Source: Octopus vulgaris (lineage: Eukaryota). Taken from it: a DNA stretch of 64,000 nt. Shown here in pieces: positions 54,120 through 64,000 of this stretch. The stretch's first letter is position 1. Each line of letters begins with the position of its first letter. Where the stretch lies: NCBI GenBank assembly GCA_951406725.2, contig OX597824.1:85374001-85438000 (forward strand), written 5' to 3'. The notes beneath the pieces are model-generated. The model was not told where the DNA came from. It made no database searches and saw only the letters and a program-made list of their open reading frames with translations. Made by a program: the position numbers and the translations under genes.

Positions 54120-54848
54120 CATTATTATTATTATTATGTTCATCATCACCTCATACTTTTATTTCAACGTCTACTAACAGCACAGCTCACCCTGTTCTGA
54201 TGAGCAAGCAAAATGCGTCCCAATTCCCACCAGTTTTATCTACCCCAGAGAGCTTCCGTGCGGCTGCTGACTTGCTCAAAAATAGCCAAAGCTTTTCAGA
54301 TGTCCCAACCCACATTCTCTTAAAAACTAATGAAGAACAAATTGGTTGCTGTTACACTTGATTGAAAAAAGGCGAAATAATAGTGGCTAAAAGGCATTTT
54401 TGATCGTTCATCTGAGCGTTCATTGCTAACTTGGGTCTACGCAACAACAAATATCACACACATACACATATATACACTAACACGCGCACTCAGACCCCCA
54501 TACAACTCCTGTTTACCAAATGTCACGATCACCGCCATCTGCCTCTAGTTACTCCATCGATGGCCATTCATGTTCTCAAAAGTAGCAATTGTTGGATCAA
54601 TTAGTAAGTCCAGTCTCCTTAATTAGGCTTCAATGTCTGCAAAATGTAGACAGAACAGGGAATTGCGAGAGAGGATGAGGGAGAGACAGAATAGAAGTCA
54701 GAGAGTGAGAGGAGAGGTACAGAAAAAATACACATACATAGATATTCACAGCTTACAGTAGACTTTGAACATTAGATGGAAAATTCACTACAAGTGTAGA
54801 GAGACCGACGATCCTAATAACTGACAAAACATCGACGTCACTATCAAT

Positions 54849-54880
<32 letters not shown>

Positions 54881-55007
54881 GCTAAACCCTTATGCTAAAA
54901 ATAGCTGGTGTATTTCTGTATGATATGACACTTGTAGTACTTAAGTAGCCTTTAACAAAAAAAAAGCAAAAAATAATAAATAAAAAGTAAATGACTTTTG
55001 ATAATAT

Positions 55008-55237
55008 CTTTTACTTGTTTCAGTCATTTGATTGTGGCCATGCTGGGGCACCGCCTTGAACAGTTTTAGTTGAGCAAATCAAGTCCATGACTTAATTTTT
55101 TTAAAGCTTAGTATTTATTCTATCGGCCTCTTTAGCCGAACAGCTAACACATCAACGCCGGGTGCTAGGCGGTTATGTGGGACAAACACAGACACGAACA
55201 CACACAGATAAATACAAATACACACATACGCACCCCA

Positions 55238-55303
<66 letters not shown>

Positions 55304-55395
55304 GACGACGGTTTCTTTTAATTTCTGTATCTGCCAAATCCACTGACAAGACTTTGGTTGGCTCGAAGCTATAGTAGAAGACGCTTGCCCAAGCT
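55008..55395 (-). mobile_element. SINE family B, head-truncated
   Basis: Runs from the tail cttttacttgtttcagtc to cttgcccaag. Confidence 0.8.
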
Positions 55396-55499
55396 GCCAG
55401 CCATGTTTTAGCCATAAAATGTTTAACTATAGTAAGTAGCCTCTTACATCCCTCTCTTCTCTCTCTGCTACATCTCTCTCTTCTCTCCCCACGTGACCG

Positions 55500-56084
<585 letters not shown>

Positions 56085-56366
56085 TATACATACATATATA
56101 TATATACATACATATATATATATACATACATACATATATATATATACATACATACATATATATACATACATACATATATATATATACATACATACATATA
56201 TATATATATACATACATACATATATATATATACATATATATATATATACATACATATATATATATATATACATACATACATACATATATATATATATATA
56301 CATACATACATACATACATATATATATACATATATATATACATACATATATATATATATATATATA

Positions 56367-56555
56367 GTTGAAATTTACAAAAAAAAAGCAAAACAAAAGG
56401 CGAAGACGGGTGTGTAAACAACCAACAGATGCATTAGTTTAACGCTCGTGGAAGTGAGAAAGGTATTTTACGTTTCGAGCCTACGCTCTTCAACAACAGA
56501 AAGGAACACAGAAATAAGCAGAGAGAGGAAATAAAAAAGGTTTAGTGACTAGCGA
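56367..56555 (-). mobile_element. Penelope-like terminus with a degenerate hammerhead (56466-56502)
   Basis: uuu CUGUUGUUGA A gagc guag gcuc GAAA cg UA aaa. Confidence 0.6.
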
Positions 56556-57189
56556 TGCATACATACATACATACATACATACATACATACATACACACAC
56601 ATACACATATATACACATACACGTGATATAAAGTCTTTATGTTGCATATATCTTTTTCACAATGTGTGTGAGTATGTGATGTATGTGTATGAGTGTGTAA
56701 ACGAACACCAACGAAAACGATCCAAACAGCAAAATATTTTCACAAGTTGGCAATAATAATAAAAATTCTTCACCGTCCGCCAAACAAAATGATACTAAAA
56801 TCAGAATGACAACAGTGTAAGTAATGCTCAAAGCTCAAAGATCACCAAATGAGTATGCTTACCTCTATTTATTTTTTATTTTTTTACATGTTATCTAAAT
56901 TCCAGAAACATTATCTATCTGGATATATTGTGAACATATAAATTATCGTCCAATTTCCTTTGTAGAGTACAGCTGCGGCTATCAATTTTATTAACTGTCT
57001 ATTCTATTGCATTGGATTTTTTCATCCATTTCCTAACAGCATACTGAGGCTGCGTCGACAGACCAAAGAAGGAGGTCGTGTTGACGCATTGCTTAAGAAT
57101 ACCATTACGGTTCAGAAAAAAAGTAAAACTTCAGTGTAGCGTTCTGCATACTAAATACAAATACAATATGGCTTCACATATATAATATA

Positions 57190-57800
57190 GATTTCAAATT
57201 TTGGCACAAGGCCAGCAATTTAGAGGGAGAGGATAAGTCGATTATACTGACACAAGTGTTCAACTGGTTCTTATTTTATCGATCCCGAAAGAATGAAAGG
57301 CAAAGTCGACCTCGTCGGAATTTGAACTTAGAACGTGAAGACGAAACGTTGCTAAGCATTTTGCCCGGCGTGCTAACGATTCGTATTTCTTTATTGCCCA
57401 CAAGAGGCTAAACATATAGGGGACAAACAAGGACAGATAAAGGGGCTAAGTCGATTACATCGACCCCAGTGCGTAACTGGTACTTAATTTATCGACCTCG
57501 AAAGGATGAAAGGCAAAATCGACCTCGGCGGAATTGGAATTGAGAACGTAACGGCAGACGAAATACTTATTTCCTTACTACCCACAAGGGGCTAAACACA
57601 GAGAGAACAAACAAGGACAGACAAAGAGATTAAGTCGATAACATCGACCCCAGTGCGTAACTGGTACTTAGTTTATCGAGCCCGAAAGGATGGAAAGCAA
57701 AGTCGACCTCGGTGGAATTTGAACTCAGAACGTAACCATAGACGAAATACCACGAAGCATTTCGCCCGGTGTGCTAACGTTTCTGCCAGCTTGCTGCCAA
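57190..57800 (-). mobile_element. SINE-A2 (57190-57382) plus SINE-A1 dimer (57385-57800)
   Basis: Reverse A-family motifs; junction gacgaaatac|ttatttcc. Confidence 0.85.
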
Positions 57801-59217
57801 CAAGATTAGTTGGAACTCAGAGCAAAAAGAATAAAGTCAGAATGTATACTGCAAAGCATCCTCTCTAACGCTCCATCGATAGAACCAAATTGCCATATAA
57901 CATAGAGAATTGGAAAACTTCGGTCCCCCGATATTACCCAAACAATTTGTAGAAAAAAAAAACTATCATTGAGGGAGGGTTTCGATCTAAAGCAAGAACA
58001 AAGAACAAAAAACCCCAAAAAACTATAAAGCAAGGGAAATAATTTTAATAAGACTAGATCAACGAAAAGTTTTCGGAAACAAAGGCAACGCCAATCGTTT
58101 TCAAGACTTGAACCACTGTGACTTGTCACCTCAACGCACATGTTTCGTATATATTAAAGCTCTTCAGCGTCGTACGTTTTACTTGGATGGATAAAATAAA
58201 AGCAAGCAATGTATAAAGAAATAGAGAGAATGTAGTTATGTTGATTATGAGAATCAACAACGTGGATGAAGAAAAAATACTTCCGAGGAGTGTTATAAAT
58301 GTTAAGTATAAATACCGTATGGCTTTATAAATGTAATAGGATGAGTTAAAATTGATGAAATGAAATTATTATCCAAGTAAATTAATAGATATGTGGGATC
58401 TTACCGAATTTGTAATTACATTGAAAGAGATATCTATCATCAACTACATTACTGGTAATAAAACAAAGAAGGCGGAGCTTCACACATGAGAAACAAGAAA
58501 CGAGAGAGAGAGAGATGGATGGGAGAGAAAGGAGCGAGAACGAGACAGATAAAAAGAAAGTGAGGGAAGAAAGGGAGAGAGAAGAAAGATTAATAGAAAG
58601 AGAGCCAGAGAAGCAGAAAGTGAGAGAAGAGAGAGAGAGGGAGAGAATGGATAGAAGGGAGATGAGATTTTAATGAGAAAGGAGAGCATGATCAATTTGT
58701 AAAAGGAAATAACTGACGATAAGAATCAGTTATTAGGGGAAAATAGAGAGTGAAAGAAAGGGAGAGTAGAGTTGATTAGGCACGAAGTGAAACCGAAAGA
58801 ATAAAAAAAAGGGCGGTTACGGTTATTGAAGCAAACAGGAAATAAGAAGATCATTGAAGGACAGAAGAAAATGAAGGGGAAACAATATGGAAAGACGAGG
58901 AGAGACAGAAGATAAAACAGAAGAAAAGAAGAGGAGAAAAGAGGAAGAGAAACAGATTGAGAAAAAGTAGAAGATATAAAAATAAGAGATGCTTAATGAG
59001 AGATTAAGTATGAGACGAGGTAGTCGAGTAGAATGGAAAATAAGAGCGGGAAGTAGGCTAAAAGAAGAGAAAAGAATGATAATGAAAAATATTATACGGG
59101 GTGATAATTAAGCATATTGATTAATAATTAAATGAATGGTTAATGATTTTCTTTTGTTTGACATAAGGACATTTTGTAAGGCATGATGGTTAATCGATCA
59201 TAGCTTATGACGGATAG

Positions 59218-59277
<60 letters not shown>

Positions 59278-59410
59278 TTTTTTTTTTTTTCTTCTTGACT
59301 CTGGACTGATGAAAGTTAAGACGAACTTAAAATATAGAGAAACGAAAGTACATACTTCGTGACATTCATTCCGGTGTGCCATTTTTTCTGCTAATTTTAT
59401 CATTACCGTT

Positions 59411-59517
<107 letters not shown>

Positions 59518-59555
59518 GATTATTATGATTATTATTATTATTATTATTATTTTTA

Positions 59556-60022
59556 AGCACGCCGGGCGAAATGCTTAGCGGTGTTTCATCTGCCGCTACG
59601 TTCTGCGTTCAAATTCCGCCGAGGTCGACTTTGCCTTTCATCCTTCCGGGGTCGATTAAATAAGTACCAGTTACGCACTGGGGTTGATATAATCGACTTA
59701 ATCCGTTTGTCTGTCCTTGTTTGTCCTCTCTGTGTTTAGCCCCTTGTGGGCAGTAAAAAAATAGCTATTTTGCCAGTCTCCATGTCCTGAGTTCAAATTC
59801 CGCCAAGGTCGACTTTGCCTTTCATCCTTTCGGGATCGATTAAATAAGTATCAGTTACGCACTGGGGTCAATATAATCGACTTAATCCATTTGTCTGTCC
59901 TTGTTTGTCCACTCTGTGTTTAGCCCCTTGTGGGCAGTAAAAAAATAGCTATTTTGCCAGTCTCCATGTCCTGAGTTCGAATTCCGCCGAGGTCGACTTT
60001 GCCTTTCGTCATTTCGGGGTCG
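59556..60022 (+). mobile_element. SINE-A1 multimer of about 2.5 bodies
   Basis: About 185-bp unit repeated after (ATT)n. Confidence 0.85.
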
Positions 60023-60943
60023 TGGCGGTTTTCTGTTAGTCAAAGCTGGAGTGTGTGCGTGTGTGTGTGTTTATATTAGAGAGACAGTGTGTTGTGTGTG
60101 TGTGTGCGTGTGTGTGTGTGTGTGTGTTTATATTAGAGAGACAGTGTGTTGTGTGTGTGTGTGGTTGTGTGTGTGTGTGTGTGAGAGAGAGAGAGCGGGG
60201 AGAAAACACTGCAAACAACGAATGAAATAAACATGGAATGAAAAAATCGTAAACATAAAAGTTCGTTAAAATCTATCTTGTACTGAATATTTAAATTTGC
60301 GAACTTCAAATATTCAATAATAAATGGAAGTTCAGAAAGTAAATTTTCCTGAAAACTTCAGTTTCTAAAAAATCTCACTCGCTTAGTAAATATTTCTTTA
60401 AGCAGTTTATACATTTAGTGTGCTAGAAATAGCAGCGATCACATAGTTATTACTGTAAGACTTATTAGCATTCCAAACAGCCATGCCAACAAAATCACTT
60501 CGTAATATAAAGAAAAAAAGTATACTGATATATTAAAAAAAAAATTATTTTATCAAAAATAAGCCTCAAAATTATACAGTTATTTTGTCATTCAATAATT
60601 TTTTTTTTTTACATTGCGTATATAAAATAAATTGTGGGTTTTGTAAATAGTGAATTAAAACTTGAAATGAAAACATTGAAATGAATATATATTAAATTAT
60701 CATTAATGAAAATAGAGGCGAAAGAAAGAGAGAGAGAGTGAGAGACTGTTGCTAATGTAAACGGAAATTTTTGGCTGCAATGAATTAATATTGTTTATTA
60801 AATCTACTCAGCAGTGAATCGAACGAATATTCAAATTTGTAAAGAATTTGACGTTCAAATATTCAATAAACTTCAGAAATCGAAATTACAGGAAATTTCT
60901 GGAAACATGAATTTATAAAAAAAATTCCAGATGGTTAAGCCTT

Positions 60944-61296
60944 TGATCTTTTCACTTTGACAGGCAGATTCAAAAAGATAATTTTTGGTAACTAAACACT
61001 TTTAAACTTCGTATACTGGTAGAATGTGTCACATAAAACGTCTTTTTCTCGCGGCGTTCTTGAGAAAATTCTGTAGTTTCTAAGCTATTTGTTGTTAAAT
61101 TTCTCGTATTTCGGCAATTTCAACCAACCAATGACGTCTATTGAGGTGAATACAATTACTGCTGTTGTTTGTCAACAACAACTTCCGCCACGAGAAAAAG
61201 ATGTTTTATGTGACACATTCTAGCAGTATACGATGTTTAAAATTGTTTAGTTACAAAAATTATTTTTTAAATCTGCCGGTCAAAGTGAAAAGATCC
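60944..61296. mobile_element. Related MITE with long (about 110 bp) imperfect TIRs
   Basis: Ends gatcttttcactttgacaggcagatt and aatctgccggtcaaagtgaaaagatcc; TSD (t/c)aagcctt. The interior is homologous to the 28381 and 44993 MITEs. Confidence 0.8.
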
Positions 61297-61384
61297 CAAG
61301 CCTTTAATAATTACTTTCTTTTAGTAACTGTCTTATACCTAAATAATAAGCAGCTTTCACCATTATAATAAAGATAGGTTACGA

Positions 61385-62285
61385 AGGCAACAAGTTATCA
61401 GAATCGTTAGCACACCAGGCGAAATGCTTAGCGGTATTTCGTCTGTCTTCACGTTCTGAGTTAAAATTCCTTTCGGGGTTGATAAATTAAGTACCAGTCG
61501 AGTACGGAAAGAGCGCGATGTGATTGATTGTCCCCTCCCCACTAAAATCCAGGCTAATGGCCTATAGTAGAAAAGATTATTATTAAGAAGGCGGCGAGCC
61601 GGTAGAATCGTTAGCACGCCGGGCGAATAGTTTAGCGGTATTATGTCTGCCGCTACGTTTTGAGTTCAAATTCCGGCGAGGCCGACATTGCCTTTCATCC
61701 TTCCGGAGTCGATAAATTAAGTACAAATGAAAGACTGGGGTCGATGTAATTGACTTAACCCCACCCCCCACCAAATTTCAGCCCTTGTGCCTTTAGTAGA
61801 AGGGATTATTATTATTAAGAAAGCGGTGGCCTGGCAGAATTGTCGGTACGCCGGGCGAAATGCTTAGCGATATTTCGTCTGTCTACATGTTCTGACTTCA
61901 AACTACGCTGAGGTCGACTTTGTCTTTCATACTTTCGGAGTCGATTAAATAAGTACCAAATTTCAGGCCTTGCACCTTTAGTAGAAAGGATTATTATTAT
62001 TATTGTTGTTGTTATTAATGAGGGGAGAAGGCAGTGAGCTGGTAGAGTCTTTAGCACGCTTGGCAAAAATGCTTAGCAGTATTTTGTCCGTCATAAACGT
62101 TTTGAGTTCAAATTCCGGTGAGGCTCACTTTAACTTTCATCCTTTTAGGTTCGATATAAATACCAGTTGTGCATTGGGATCGATGCAAACGACTTAAACC
62201 CTCCCGGAAATTGCTGGTCTTGTGCCAAAATTTGAAATCGTTATTATTATTAAGGAGGTGGGCTGGCAGAATTGCTAGCACGCCG
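61385..62285 (+). mobile_element. Tandem array of four SINE-A2 copies plus a head fragment, separated by (ATT)n
   Basis: Units start at about 61385, 61590, 61820, 62029 and 62254; each after the first is preceded by an attatt tract. Confidence 0.85.
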
Positions 62286-62300
62286 CCATAATATATATAC

Positions 62301-62331
<31 letters not shown>

Positions 62332-62359
62332 TGTGAGTATATGCGTGTGTGTATGTATA

Positions 62360-62469
<110 letters not shown>

Positions 62470-62556
62470 TTCATTCGGCATCTGAAACTGTGTGTGTGTA
62501 ATGTATATATATATATGTATATATATATGTTATGTATATATATATTTGTATGTATA

Positions 62557-62678
<122 letters not shown>

Positions 62679-63100
62679 TGTATGTATACGCACACATGTA
62701 TATGATATAGTCCTTTACAGGTGAAACTTCGCAGCTTCAAGTTTCATATTTAGCTCAAAACTAAACATTTGGACTAAAACTAAATAATTCCGAGACGAAA
62801 AACAACCATTCCATCGGGGGAGTTTTTATCTGTTTCGTATTATATACATCTCTCTTTCTTTCTCTGTATGCACACATTCACACACACATACATACACACA
62901 GACACAAACACACAAACACAGACACACACACATTCCGGAAGGGAACTAGATAGTCACATGCAGAGATAGGCAGACATGCGTACAAAATACTGTTTTTATT
63001 TTTACCTGACACCGAGCAGGTGGCCGGTTTAAAATAAATGCTGAATCTTCAATCAAAACGAGAAAGACATACAAATATATATACATACATACACACACAT

Positions 63101-63164
<64 letters not shown>

Positions 63165-63165
63165 C

Positions 63166-63207
<42 letters not shown>

Positions 63208-63234
63208 CATACATACATACATATATGTCTGTAT

Positions 63235-63311
<77 letters not shown>

Positions 63312-64000
63312 TGTACAGAAGTAGCATCCTATTATGAGCTTATTGTTCAAGGCATCGATAAAATTGTCATTTTAAAGGTATTTTGTAAGGCGAAAGAACC
63401 AATATTGTCACTAAAGACTATGAACACCAAACTTTTACACTAAAACTATTCAAAGTGTTGGATGATGTCGCGATCTACTAACAATGCGTATGTCTGAACT
63501 GTAGCGTCTGCAGCGAGGTAATAAGAAGAATAAAACCCGAGGCGACAACTATCTCAAAAACATTATCGAAAATGAATAAAGAAGTATATAAAAGAAAAAT
63601 GAACTCCAGCAGAGTAAAAGAAACTGGAATCATATAAATGTATATAATAAAATACCATCATTTGAAATAAACTTCTAACGACGAAAGATATTTATTCATG
63701 TTTCGGTCTGCCTCTCTTCTCTACGTTTGTATATGTCTGCATGTACAAAGGAACATTTGAATATTTCTGTATCCGTGTTCGCTTGTAAGTGTGTGTATGT
63801 GTGCTTCTGTGTATATAAATGTATTCATGAATGGGTATGAGTATGCGCGTGAATGAACTAGTGTATCAATTTATGCATCTTTGAAAGCACCCCAGCTACT
63901 TCTGAGTGGTATAAGTATGGCGGAATGTGGTGCATTATCGTAAAACATATACGATTACTAAGCTGTGAACATTTGTTTTAAGCTAAGTTGGGAATAATAA

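Overview
This is AT-rich, microsatellite-saturated eukaryotic DNA. The SINE families and repeat landscape look like a coleoid cephalopod, probably Octopus (inference). I cannot support any intact protein-coding gene, and nearly all ORFs in the supplied track are translations of microsatellites or SINEs. Most of the window is mobile-element debris. There are more than 40 SINE copies or fragments in about four families, which I label A, B, C and E; family A has two interchangeable tails. Decayed autonomous elements include a Hero-clade RLE retrotransposon, a Tx1/L1-like LINE 3' end, a CR1-like APE fragment, a Penelope GIY-YIG fragment and a Helitron helicase. Non-autonomous elements include a (TAA)n-targeting retroposon, several MITEs (one family carries telomeric TTAGGG repeats) and Penelope-like termini in (TA)n tracts. 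Four observations stand out. (1) Several Penelope-like termini contain minimal hammerhead-ribozyme motifs, some with variant cores. (2) The SINE-A1 tail matches the 3' end of the Tx1-like LINE, suggesting a SINE/LINE partnership. (3) SINE-A1 repeatedly forms head-to-tail multimers with a fixed junction. (4) An ungapped 82-bp hairpin has a G.U-rich stem. A few weak candidate small exons are also flagged. Family assignments come from motif recognition by eye, not database searches.
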